A stretch of 63,201 nt of DNA, filler included, from Reticulomyxa filosa (Eukaryota; Protista; Foraminifera): NCBI GenBank assembly GCA_000512085.1. It is 19 parts of 19 records of this genome, joined end to end, with 100 filler letters (N's around TTAATTAATTAA, not from the genome) between each part and the next. Parts side by side here need not be neighbours in the genome. Positions count along the whole stretch, not along the records: positions 38,677 to 39,692 come from ASPP01049053.1; positions 39,793 to 40,988 come from ASPP01010524.1; positions 41,089 to 47,274 come from ASPP01018968.1; positions 47,375 to 51,901 come from ASPP01002042.1; 15 more parts are not named here. One strand, written 5' to 3'. Numbering within the stretch: position 1 is the stretch's first letter; every line of letters starts with the position of its first letter. The position numbers and the translations under genes are program-made. Shown piece by piece: positions 39,236 to 52,001 of the stretch. The notes below the pieces were generated by a model, which saw only the letters and a list, made by a program, of their open reading frames with translations, did not search any database and was not told the DNA's origin.

Positions 39236-39692
39236 TATACATATATATATATATATACATATATCAAAACTGAAAATAGTTCGAAAAGAAAAGATTTGAC
39301 CATTTCCGAATTAATTTGTTTGTAATTATGCTTACATAAATTCCACAAAGCATTAAAATGACACGAGCAAATCAAAGTGACGTATTCGGCATTCACGTTG
39401 AAATAGCTGCTACGTTTCGCAGTCCCGCGGACGGCATGACTAGTTTGGGGATTGCCCATGATCCACCACGAAGTCATGTCATCGGTTGGTTTGTTCTTTT
39501 TGATTTGATAAGGGAAAATATACTCATGTGTGAGCTTTTGCTCGGAATTGGTTTGCGACATTTTCTTGGCAAATGAATGCAATCGATCGGTCATCTCTTG
39601 CACTTCTTGATCGAATTCGCTCAATATCATTGCGTCCATTCGCTTTGCATAGTCATATAAATCTTCATCTGTCATCTCTTTATCGTCGTCGC
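38850..39692 (-). CDS. Hypothetical protein, internal exons
   Basis: Two coding-like ORFs separated by a TA-repeat intron; no domain recognised. Confidence 0.5.
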
Positions 39693-39792
39693 NNNNNNNN
39701 NNNNNNNNNNNNNNNNNNNNNNNNNNNNNNNNNNNNTTAATTAATTAANNNNNNNNNNNNNNNNNNNNNNNNNNNNNNNNNNNNNNNNNNNN

Positions 39793-39802
39793 GAAGAAGA
39801 AG

Positions 39803-39833
<31 letters not shown>

Positions 39834-40930
39834 GGAAGGATCAGAGGAAGAGGAAGAAGAGTTAGAAGAGGAAAGCGAGGAAAGCGAGGAAGAAGAAGAA
39901 GAAGGGTTGGAGGAAGATAGTGAAGAGGAAAGTGAAGAGGAGAGTGAAGAGGAGGAGTCGGAACAAGAGTCAGAAGAAACGTCCAGCGAGAGCGAGTGCA
40001 GAAATTCGGATTCGAGTGCTAATACTGTAGTGGAGAGGGAAACTGAATTGGATATCGAACCTGAACCTGAGCTGATTCAGACTCCTGTGCCGACCCAAAC
40101 GAAAGCAGATCAAAGTGCTGAAAGTACACCTGTAGTGTCAAACGAAAAAGAGAAAGAAACAGAAACAGAAACAGATAAAGATAAAGATAAAGACAAAGAT
40201 AAAGAAAAGGAAAAAGGAAACGAGGAGAAAGACAACACACAATGGAAGTTACCGAGTTACGGGATAAGCAACGACATCGCAACCACATTTGGCAGCGCCA
40301 AAAATTTAAGAGATGCCAAAATACCGTCGGAAAAAAAAGTGGCTGAAGAAGAAGAAATGAAGGAAGTCTTTGCGTGGCCAAAGGATTTGAAACCTGGTTT
40401 GTTTATTTGTATACTTAACACTTCAAATAATATACATATATATATATATGAACACTTTGCAACGAAAAGGATGGCACCCAAAATACATGGGCATTGACTA
40501 TTACGGAGTGCTCGACATTTGTATTGTTCACAAGAACGGAGTGATAACGGGATACATAAACAAGCACACAAAGCTGTTTGAACATGAAAAGGAGGAAGTG
40601 AAAGAGCGGACAGAGACTCGTGGGACGTCCAAGCATATGAAAAAAAAAGAAAAGCGTCGAGTGGCAACGCAGGCAATGATATCCTATGTGCCTTTCATCT
40701 CGCATTTTTTGGTGAATCCGAAACGAGACTATCGCAAGTTGATGAAGGGCACATGGGTCAAATTCAAAATCGGAATCAATCCCATCGGAATCGCCTCCAA
40801 GGCCAGACAAAACCAATGGAAAGAGGCCAATGAAATTGCAAATGAATACTATCGAGGAGATAAAAGTAATGACAATCGCATTGCTTACGATATCGTCGTT
40901 TTGAATGAGCCTCCATCTTTTTTCCAAAAA
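39793..40930 (+). CDS. Acidic low-complexity protein with a divergent cold-shock/OB-fold domain, partial
   Basis: Poly-Glu N-terminal part; YYGVL...GYI...LMKGTWVKFKI...AYDIVV pattern. Confidence 0.5.
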
Positions 40931-40940
40931 GTTTATATTT

Positions 40941-40988
<48 letters not shown>

Positions 40989-41097
40989 NNNNNNNNNNNN
41001 NNNNNNNNNNNNNNNNNNNNNNNNNNNNNNNNTTAATTAATTAANNNNNNNNNNNNNNNNNNNNNNNNNNNNNNNNNNNNNNNNNNNNAAAAAAAAG

Positions 41098-41463
41098 ATA
41101 ACACGTCCTGGTGGAGGATTAATAACAACGGACCAGTTGGTATTTGGAAGACATCAGCGAATGCTGGGAAACAAGTACAGCAAGGAGGATGTGGACGCGC
41201 AGAGGAAAGCGCGCTGGGATGCGAATGGCAACAAAGGGAAGCGCGAACGGGGGTACGTGTTGTACTTCAACACGAGTATAATGTACGGGTGGATCGTGCC
41301 GTTCAACGAAAACGCGGAACTTTGCAATCCCAAGCATCTGCTGTACTTCCACATCAACGACTGTCACATGTTTGGAAAAAGGGCCCTTCGCAGGTGGACC
41401 GAAGTTGAATTTGAGATTGAAGTTGTAGCCACGACGGCGCCGACGATAGCAACAACAGCTGAG

Positions 41464-41508
<45 letters not shown>

Positions 41509-42452
41509 GAGACAATAATGGTGAGCAAAAAAATGAAAGCTATACATGTGACTGGACCCAATGAAACCATTCTCACATACAACTCTGACAATTTTTATTT
41601 GCCCTCGTCGTTGTCGTTGTCGTTGTCGTCGTCGTTCTCATTCCATGGCACGCAGAAACATGAAATACAAACACGCTTCTTGCAGACTCGCCAAAGGGGC
41701 ACTGTCATTACCAAACATCCCAATTCCAATGTCTTTTGGATCAAACCCGACCTGGTCGGTGCCCCCGTCCTCTTTGCCCTTGTCGATGATGTCGTCGCCA
41801 TGAATCATTGCAACTTACTACAGGGAGATACACTCGAGTTCGATGTCGTCCCGTTTCATGCTTCTTCTCATTCCTTTCAATACAAAGCTGCTCGCATCAC
41901 GCTGGTGGGCGCAAACCCCTTTTGTGTGAACAAGGGCCCTATCGTGATTTTTTATTATCTCATTTCTATTTTTCTTCTTCTTTTTTGTCACTGTCGTCGT
42001 TGACTGACTTTCCATATCAGCCAGAGCAAGTCTATCAAGGGTGGGTTTCTCATTTTTGTTCCGATCTACTTTGTGGGTGCATCGAAGTCAAAACTGAAGA
42101 TCACCAACGGTATTGCAAAATCTATTTTGATTTGAGAGACTGTTTGCTCACGCCAACTGTTCAACTCCATCTTTTTCCATCCGCTTCGGCAGATGAACAC
42201 TCGGACACTAGAATGGTAGATGTGCCAATTGGCGAATTTGTCACTTTTAAAATTTCCACGCTTAATCAAAACCTTTCTCACTTTAAGGGCTGTTCATCGT
42301 CGCAGAAAGCTTGTGAGGTTTGTTCTGTCGACAAAGATCATTTGCTTGTTGTTATTCATGATGCTACGGGCTCTTCTTCTACTCACGTATCATCTGACTT
42401 AACAATATCAACAACAAATGATAACGGCGACGTCAAGTCAGAACTATTTTAA
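41098..42452 (+). CDS. Tandem cold-shock-domain protein, 5' partial
   Basis: GYVLYFN...YGWI...LYFHIND...ALRRWTEVEFEI...KAIHVTGP; two further divergent CSDs (RGTV...LLQGDTLEFDV...KAARIT and QGWVSHF...GCI...IYF...GEFVTFKI...KACEV). Confidence 0.75.
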
Positions 42453-43727
42453 GTGCTCTTTCTTAAATTGACTAAAATAATATATTTAAAACTTGAAAAT
42501 GAAATTTAAATGTTTATTTTACAATCGTTACTAGAAAACTCTTGTCAAGATCAAGAGATAGTGAAATTAAAAAGTATTCAACAAATATGGATCTTAAAAA
42601 AAAATTATTTGTAACATGATTTTCAAAATAATACGATTAAAGCAATTACTACTAAATAGAATTTTATATGAAAATAATGAGTCTATTATTGCTTTATCTA
42701 AAGCTAATGTTAATATAAATAAAACTTGACTGAAAAAGTTGTTTGAAAGATAACGAAGCAAATGCAAGAATCTTATTTCAACATATAACAAGATTTGAAA
42801 TTCATTTTGAAATTTTGTATTTGTATTATTCAGTTAGAGGTTTTATCAAAATTATGATAGTTAACAAAAATTTATATAAAATTTTACGAAAAATATATTA
42901 GTCAAAACAATGTAAAACTAATATAAAAGTCATTGACAATTACTGATTAAAATTGAGTTGAATATAAATCATAATTAGATTATCATTTATGCATTTCATT
43001 TTCAAAAGGCAAAAGTAAATTTTGATATTAAATAAACATTGTATGTCAAAAATTGATTTAATTGTAGATAAATTAAATAGAATTGCAAACAAACATGTGA
43101 TCACGTGCTTTGTTGATGAACACGAATACAAGATGAAGCAATTAGTAACTAATAAAATAACTATAAAGAAAATGATATGAAAATATTATTTATTTGTTAA
43201 ATTACGTTGTGGTTTGTCGACGAAAGATTGTGCTTGAAGTATGGCAAAAACTACTTATGAAGCGATAGAGCGAGATCTTTTATTGTCTCTCTTCTTTGTT
43301 TGTTATTTTGTGATGAAGAGCAGATTGATTTTTTGTGAAAGCATTGTAAATAAAAGTTCATTTTTTCTATTAAATTTTTTTTGGCATTTTCTTAAGGTGT
43401 TTTTTGCTATGTGCAACATATCTTGTAACCAGAATTTGGTTTTTGTTTGCAAAAACGCGCAATAAAAAAAAAAGAGAAGAATCCTGTTCCACAAAAAAAA
43501 GGGGATCTATGAAGCGGTACAAAGGCAGCAGTCCACTTCAATTTATGCAAACTGGTTCATTTTGCGCGAGAAAAAAAAAAAGAAGACGTCAATTAATTCG
43601 AATATGAAAAGTAATTTTTTCGAGTAAACAAGAAGATGGAAAAATGATAAACATTGCTACAAGGGGAAAAAAAAACTCGAGCACAAATATGGCTCAAAAT
43701 TGGAACAAACAAGAAAAAAGGTTCATT

Positions 43728-45108
43728 TTATTGCAGCAATGCAGCAAACAAAGCAGCAGCGATAATCCACAAAGCAGTGAACTGGAAGTGAGCAGCAGCA
43801 TTAGTTGCAGTCTCTCCAGCGCCCGCAAGGCATCCATCGAGCTATCCAATTACAAAAAAAAGAGAAAACAATTTCATTATCATATTTAAAAAATATTATT
43901 GGCATTCCAAAAAGATAAGATACGACAAAAAAAAAAAAAAAATGGTCAAAAAATTAAGTAACTTTTCCCCAAAGGCCAAAAGAACCATAAATTGAGCCAG
44001 TTTCAATTTGTTGGCAATCACCACTTGCAATGATCCAATCGAAGCAATAGAACTGCGAAGAGCATGTGGCATCGGTAGCGCCAGTGGTACCAGGCCCACC
44101 GATGGTGGTCACTGGGCTTTCTGAAGTCTGTCCGTATTCGTAGTCTTCACTATCTCCACTCATGCTGCCCTCCCTTCATCACTGTGTTCATCTCCACCGT
44201 TACCCCCGTGGTGATGGTGTTCGCCTTGGGTGGTCCATGGAGACCATGAATTCTCTAACACGATCCCTTCCGTTGTTGCAAACTCTTTGTGTCTCGACGC
44301 TCGACCGACACTTGCAAAATTTGTGAACCACTCAAACTTGGCACTTGTGGAATCGCAATAAACCCTGTTTTTTACATACGTATACATAACTGTCTATAAT
44401 TATTACTGCAAAAAAAAAATAAAAAAATAAAATACGTATAAAAAAAAACGTATAATTGTACATAAACAAATCTCAACCACAAAAAAAACAAACACCATTT
44501 TTTTTTTTAAAAACTCAACGAATAGGTCAATTGCATAGATTCAAACGTATTCACACAGGCACCCAATCCTGCGTAGATCGTCTCCAATTTGGGACAAACG
44601 CCACTGTTTTTCTGGTCACTGCCCACCAGCAGTTTCACATACGTGTCTTCTCCTCCGCACTCAAAGTATCCTACCCCGCCGACACTCCCTTTCGCCACTG
44701 GAATTGGATCACTGATACTCTTTGTGCAATTGGCATCGCTAAATGCCTTTTTTTTTTTTTTGAAACACAAAACAAAAAATAGAACCACAAATTTAAACAT
44801 TGATAAAAAAATAATCCAATTTTAAAAAACGTATACTTTTTTTTTTACTAAACTTGTGTCATTGCCTCGGTGTCAGTTTGGCACCAGTGACGGTAATAAG
44901 GACCGCCTTCCAACACGTTGTGTGTTGTGCACTTGTTCATTGCATATGCAAATGGAATTGCCTGGCCAGCTCCTTCCAGTTTGGCTATCAAGTAGTTGTT
45001 CACGCCGTCATTTGTTATTGGGTCTTTGCCAGCGTTTGAGCACACTGTACCACTCGCTGCAAACACTGTGTTGCTTGAAAACCACAGACTCAATGCCAAT
45101 GCCAACAT
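43728..45108 (-). CDS. Cys-rich secreted protein with His-rich insert and putative GPI-anchor signal
   Basis: Signal peptide MLALALSLWFSSNTVFA; four exons; last exon LDGCLAGAGETATNAAAHFQFTALWIIAAALFAALLQ*; one frameshift near 44170. Confidence 0.7.
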
Positions 45109-46290
45109 TTATTGTCACTTTTATTTATTTTACTTGAAATCTTTTGTGAAAAGAAAAGCACGCTTTACAGAAAACTTTATAAACAAACACAAAGTTAACG
45201 CTCCCTTTTTTGTTAATTAAAGGAGGAGAGAAAGCCCCGTTTCTTTCTTTAGGCTGACTTGAAGAAATGATGCTTATATTACGTAACTACATAAACATGG
45301 ACCAGAAACACGAAAATGTGGTACAATCATTTGAGAGACCTTCTCTGATAGGAAGACCTGCTTTTTTATTCATCAGAGAAAATCTGAAATGCATGTTTTT
45401 CAGGAACTTGCAAGCACATGTCTTTTCTGACAGTTCCTTACATTTAAGAAAAGAGAAAGCGATGATTCAATCCCACGTTTATTTAAAAGTAGGAACTTTT
45501 AAGGATGCATATATAGAGCATAGATGTGTCATGAAACATCATACATTCTTTTAAGACTGTTTTGCAATCAATTTCGTATTTTTTTGAAAGAATGAATAAA
45601 ATAATTTGCTGCTTCATAAAACAAATGCGGTTTGATACTTTAAACGGAAGAAAAGTTTTGTAGTGGCCAGGAAAATCCTTTTCAAAACTTTTGACTTGCT
45701 TACTCATTCTTTTGCTGGTATGTTTTTCCCCTATCTTTATTCAATTTACTTTTGGTCTGTATTGACGTTAGTTCAATCAAGTATACTTCATACTACCTTT
45801 GGAAACGTAAACTTTATACGCGTGAAAGTTATGTATATTTATTTGCTGTCTAATTTTAAATTACAATGAAATTGTCGGAAACGCTGTATTTCTCTGTGTA
45901 TTGACCCTAAAATGACAGCGAAAATTAATATAATAGTATCACGCGACAACCTAATATATACACAATGATTAAAAAGAGAAGACGTACATAATGTCAACTA
46001 CCTGATTACAAAATCTATCTAGTCTCAAACTTTGATTGATTTGTATTTTATTGTATATTTAAGAAACAAAAAAAATAGCAAATATATAAATGTTAATGCT
46101 TTTGTTATTTTTCCATCTTTGAAAGTGGATTTAGAATTGATACAAAATGAATGAAGTAGTAAACAAAGATAAGAAAGAGAGTAAAAGTACGATTCTTTTT
46201 CCAGTTTAGCTTGACACCGAAATAAATTTAATGAATTGTTTTTTTTTATCGGATGAAGATTCATCCAATTTTTTTAAAAAAAGTGTGTTG

Positions 46291-47274
46291 TCACTTCCAT
46301 ATTCGAATTGTTTTATCAGAAGAACATGATGCTATTGTATAACCATCGCTCGAAACATCTACAGATTTAACTGGACCGGAATGTCTTTCTAGTTTTTGCA
46401 GTTCTTCACCTGTTTTCACATCCCATAAACGGACTGTATGATCGTCTGAACAAGATACAATAGTTTGACCATCGGGGAAATATTTTGCTTCATTCACAGC
46501 ATTTGTGTGTCCTTCTAACTTTTTAAATTGTCTTCCTGATTTTATGTACCATATTCGAATTGTTGTATCTAATGAGCAAGATACAATGAATTCATCATTT
46601 GGAGAAAATTTTGCACAAGTTATATTATTGGAATGCGCTTTTAATTGTCTCAATCTTTTACCTGATTGCACATCCCATATACTAATTGCTTCATGAGTAA
46701 ATGATAAACACTTTTGTCCATCTGATGAAAATTGAACACCTGATATATCAATTGCACCTCCTTCAAATTGTTTAATCTTTTTCCCAGACTCTATGTCCCA
46801 TAATTGTATTGTTCTATCAAATGAACTTGATATAATATATTTACCATCTGAAGAAAAGTTTAAATTATATATTGAATGGTTATGTGGCTCTAATTTCATC
46901 AATATTTTCCCTGATTGTATATCGCATAATTCAATTGTTTGATTTCTTAGACATACAGCGATGACATTGTCTGGTGAAAAATCTGCAAAAGGCATCCAAC
47001 CACGATTTCCTTGAAAAACTTGAATTTGTTTTCCTGATGCAACATTCCATACTCGGACTGTATAGTCGGATGATACAGAAATAATTTTACTCCCATCTAC
47101 TGAAAATCGTACATTTCGTACTTCTCCTTCGTGTCCTCTTATAACTTTTATCAGTTTAAAATCTTCAGTCTATTTTTTTTTTTTGTATATTGATAATTAT
47201 TTTGCTTTTAAATTCAGAATAAATAAAATCACTCAACGTATTTGATAACAATTTTTTCCAAATCATAAACCCAT
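46291..47274 (-). CDS. WD40-repeat protein of a lineage-expanded family, 5' partial
   Basis: About seven regular GH...FSxDG...S.D.TIRIW repeats, preceded by a WVYDLEKIVIKY exon. Confidence 0.9.
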
Positions 47275-48585
47275 NNNNNNNNNNNNNNNNNNNNNNNNNN
47301 NNNNNNNNNNNNNNNNNNTTAATTAATTAANNNNNNNNNNNNNNNNNNNNNNNNNNNNNNNNNNNNNNNNNNNNTTTTTTTTTGTTGGATGAAATCAACA
47401 TTCTTTTAAAAATCATTTGTTAAAAAACAAATATCATATTTAAAAACTACAATATTTGTAGCTATTTTAAAATAAAAAAATTAGGTCTAAATGTTGATTT
47501 TTCATGGAGAAAATCAATTATCATCATAAGATATCGTTTTAGGCGTTCAGTTTCTTTGCAACCTACTGTATATTTTAACTGTTTGATCATCAGATACATA
47601 ATAAACTTGTTGTCAAAAAAATCCCTTAATATTTCTTCTCACGCAAAGCTTTAAAGCTAGTTGCTTGAGAAATGAACATAATATTGACAATCATCCGATT
47701 ATTAAAATGATCTGTTTTTGTCGAACTTTCCCAGCAACTTTCAAACAGCTGGCAAGTCAGAAAGCAAAGATCCAAAATTGAAAACACGAATTTAAATAAA
47801 GATAAATTTCGCAACATCAATGAACCAAAGACGATCGTTTCATCAAGTGAAATCTGCTGAAATTCTGACACAGTTTAGAAATTGTCATGTCCTTTCAAGT
47901 TTCTTGATAATTTGTACTTTTTTTGTCTGTAAGTCGAGTGCAGTTGATATAGTGAATATATCTAGCTTACGTTCAAAGAGAATCAAACATATTTAATGAT
48001 AAATTTATCAAAATCATCAATCCATGCTAATCTCAAGCTAAAATGCGAAGCCTATTTTAAATAAATAATTTTATTTCTTTCTCTGACTGTGCTCAATAAA
48101 ACGTGTTTGTATTTCATTATCACTAACAAAGTTACATTTATGCTTACCAAATGTACTAGTCTTTCGTTTTGCTGTCAGGAGAGTATCCGTCTTCTTTATC
48201 AAAGGAAGTGTAAGCCAATATTATGCTCTTTAAAACAAATTTTGAACGTTGAAGTTCGTCTTTGGCCCTGTAAAAATGGAGTATTGTGTTATATTGTTTT
48301 GTATAACTATGAAGAATGTGAAATTGCAAGTTTAATGGATATTGTGTATCACTTCTGTGAATATTAGAAAATCGCTTGACAAGGAAAAAAAATTTCAAAT
48401 GGAGCCTCTGACAAGAGAGACAGCATGAACAATGCAAGTTAAAAAAGATAAAATCCAACCACCAAAAAATATGAATAGTTGTGGATAAAATAACTAAAAA
48501 TTATTGCGAACAGAGAAACGAAAAACTCGAACAAAAAAAATTTGTGTAAAAGAATTATTCGTTGATAAAAAGTAAAAAAGAGAAA

Positions 48586-50782
48586 ATGAGTAAAGCAGAG
48601 GATGAAAAAACTACAAAAGAAAGCACAATCGAAGAGAATCCATTTTCTATTCATTCATGTTTTAATAAAGCTTGGATTTTACAACTGAGCCAACAAGAGC
48701 AAATAAACCATTTTATTTGTTTTATCTGTAAGCAAGTTGCCAACAATCCAATCGAAATTACTTGTGCACAGCATGAAGATCTGGACGACACACTTGTCGT
48801 TGGAGAGAAATGCCTGAAGCAATTTTTAAACACGAATCCTAATTCCTGTCCTGTTCAACCTCATGATGATTGTTCGTATTCTCATAGCAGACTCGCGCAA
48901 CGACACATTGGAGATTTGAGAGTGAAATGTCCACGACAATTCCAGCAAGATGCACAAACGTCCACACAAGGACAGCAGCAAGAAGGAGAAGGAAATGAAA
49001 AAGTAGCATGTGATTTTAAAGGAAAGATAAAAGAATTGAATAATCATCTAGAAAATGTTTGTTCATTGAAATTATTGGATTGTTGGTATAAGCCATTTGG
49101 ATGCATTCATACCTGTTCGAAGCAAAAGTTACAAGACCATTGCATTGCAGAAGTGAAATCGCATTTCGATTTGGTTGTAAATTTTGTCGACTCATTGCAG
49201 CAAAGCATTCAAACTTATCAAGTTTTGATTGCGTTTTTTTTTTTTTTTTTTTTTTTTTGGAAAACTTTGCAAAAAAAAAAAAAAATATAAGAGACACCAA
49301 AAAAATGATAAAATATGCTTAGATAGAGGTGAAGCAATTGCAATCCGAAAATGAACAGTTGAGATTGACTGTGCAATTGTATGAAAAGGAAAAGGAAAAA
49401 AATGTCATATTGGCCAATGAGAATGACGCATTGAAGAAGACAATAATGCAACAAATGGATAAAGATCAACGAGACAGAGACATTGAAACAAAAGGGAGTA
49501 TTGGAGAAAGACAACGAGATGAAAAGGATGCAAAGAGAATCTGAACAAGAATTGCTCAAACTTCGTGTCGACATTGAAATCATGAAAAAAGATTTTGCCG
49601 AAAAGGAAAACAAACAGTTATCACATTATGACAAATTGATTAAATTATTGGAGGAAAAGAATGAAAAATGTATTCAACAAAAGGAAATAACTTCCAGCAA
49701 TGAAGAAAGAAAAGAGAATGAAAACTTGATGGATTTCACTTGCATCTCTGGATCGGTGTATCCTTTCAAGTTACTCAAAATTTTTGGTGAGCACTTGAGT
49801 ACTGTGTACAGTCTTCAATATTTATCATTTGATGGCAATCAATATCTTTGTTCTGGATCAGTTGATAAGACAGTACGTGTATGGGATTTGAATATCTCAA
49901 AACAAATTCAGATTTTTACTGGTCATTCAGACTCTGTTCGGAGTGCAAAATTTTCTCCTTATCATCGTAATTACAGTCCCATGATTTGTTCAGCATCGGG
50001 TGATAAAACCATTCGCTTTTGGTATATTAAAACCGCCAAGGAATATCAAACTTTTAATGGACACACTCATTCTGTGAATTGTATTCAATTTTCACCATTC
50101 ACTGATGGACGATATTTGTGCTCTGGATCATCAGATTGTACTGTTCATTTTGTGGGATGTTGAAACATGCAAATCGTTGCATGTTTTCAGACGACATACA
50201 GAAGGTGTTTTGTGTGTTGAATTTTCACCACAAAGCAGTAACAATGACACCAAAAATACAAGTGTGCTTGGAGGTGCAGGATATACCATTTGCTCTGGAT
50301 CCTATGACAACACTGTTCGTTTATGGGATGTCGAAAATACCAAACAATTGACTGTTTTCAAAGGACATGGCAATGCAGTGCGCAGTGTAAAATATTCCCA
50401 AACTCAACTCAGTGTTGTTGGTGGAAATGTGATTTGCTCTGGATCAGATGATGGAACTGTTCGCTTGTGGGATATTCGAACTGGAAAGTACATTTATGTG
50501 TTCACACACAAAAGTAGCGTACATGCTATTGCATATGTACCTTTCAAAAGCAGTGGCGGCATAATATGCTCTGGATCAGATGATGGTACAATTTGTTTCT
50601 GGGATATTCGAGCCAATAAACAGTTATATGAGATAAAAGAAATTGATGGATGTGGTATATGGTCTCTTGAATTTTTACCATTTAACTCAAAGACAAATAA
50701 TGATAAACATAAAATCAATACAAGCAATAATTATACTTTATGTTATGGTTCTAACGACGGTCTTATTCGTTTGTATGGATAA
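48586..50782 (+). CDS. RING-like/TRAF-type zinc finger, coiled coil and WD40 protein (TRAF7-like architecture); two frameshifts
   Basis: CFIC...C..H...C...CP; VKCP...CDFKG....LNNHL...C; CWYKPFGC...H; WD40 repeats. Frameshifts near 49483 and 50150. Confidence 0.82.
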
Positions 50783-50820
50783 CAAAATTATTCTTTTTTT
50801 ACTGAAACAAAGACAGATAA

Positions 50821-51044
50821 TGTAGGGAAAGTCACTACATTACACCCTTAAATACTAACGGAACGTTGGGACCCCCAGTGGGTTTAAAACCCTCTTCTTA
50901 GCACTACTCACTTTCCTCTTGTTTTACTTGTTTTCTTTACTTGCGTTGTAATTATTCTTCTTTAATTAACTTTCTTTTACTGAAATTATTCTCTTGGCAC
51001 TAAGTTCCTTTCGTATTACACTTAATCTTCTCACAAGTCCCACA
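50821..51044. mobile_element. Candidate solo LTR or short terminal-repeat insertion
   Basis: TGTAGGGA...TCCCACA termini flanked by ATAA on both sides (50817-50820 and 51045-51048). Confidence 0.45.
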
Positions 51045-51577
51045 ATAAAAAGCTTATTTGCTCACTCACTTGTTTTATGCTGAGAAAAAGCAAATACTTT
51101 GAAAGTTCATTTTCAATCCAACATCTCCAAAAAGTGGATTTGTGTTTATATTGAGCTACTCCTCTTATTAATGAACAGATTCGTTACAGCACAAATAGTG
51201 TTGCTTGCATTCATTATCTTCTCCTATTTTTCAGTGTCAAAGAACAAATAAATACTATACCCAACGTTCAAAATCCTTAATAATTATGTTCACAGAACTA
51301 TAGTTTTTACCATATTCTGCTCATATCTGCTTTGTCTTCAAGATATCTGTTCAATAGTCCTAAGCTTTTCTTTCTGAGTATTGAAACAAATTATGCATAA
51401 TTTTTTACCAGAACAATTTTTCTAAATAAGAGAAAGCAAGATTTTTAGATTATACAACAAATCGTTCCGTTAAAAAAAAAGGGAGCTGCATAGATAGAGA
51501 AGATAATAATAAAAGATAGCAAGTAGAAAATATTGAAGAGAATCTGACTTGGAATAACATACTGCAAAGTTTGAAAA

Positions 51578-51810
51578 ATGAATATAATAAATAAATTAAA
51601 TGGTAAAAAGACGGGAACGCCGAAGCAACTGGGTATAAACTCAGCACAGCTGGCGAAAACCTTTTTGGAGAAGCAAGAAGGATATCTGAAAAAAGTGGAA
51701 TTTGGACTGTTTTGGGCGGCAATGGAAGATGACGTAGCGGACTTGAATATATATTTGCACGTCTTATTGCAGCACCTTTTGCAACACCTTTCCAACGATA
51801 AAAAACTCCG
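51578..51810 (+). CDS. Hypothetical protein exon
   Basis: Coding-like ATG ORF ending at a GTATGT donor near the contig end. Confidence 0.3.
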
Positions 51811-52001
51811 TATGTATTGTTATTGTTTTTTTTAAAAAAAAGTAAATAGTATGACAAATTTTTTAAAGACAAAAAAAAAAAAGGAATTATTTATACGTTT
51901 TNNNNNNNNNNNNNNNNNNNNNNNNNNNNNNNNNNNNNNNNNNNNTTAATTAATTAANNNNNNNNNNNNNNNNNNNNNNNNNNNNNNNNNNNNNNNNNNN
52001 N

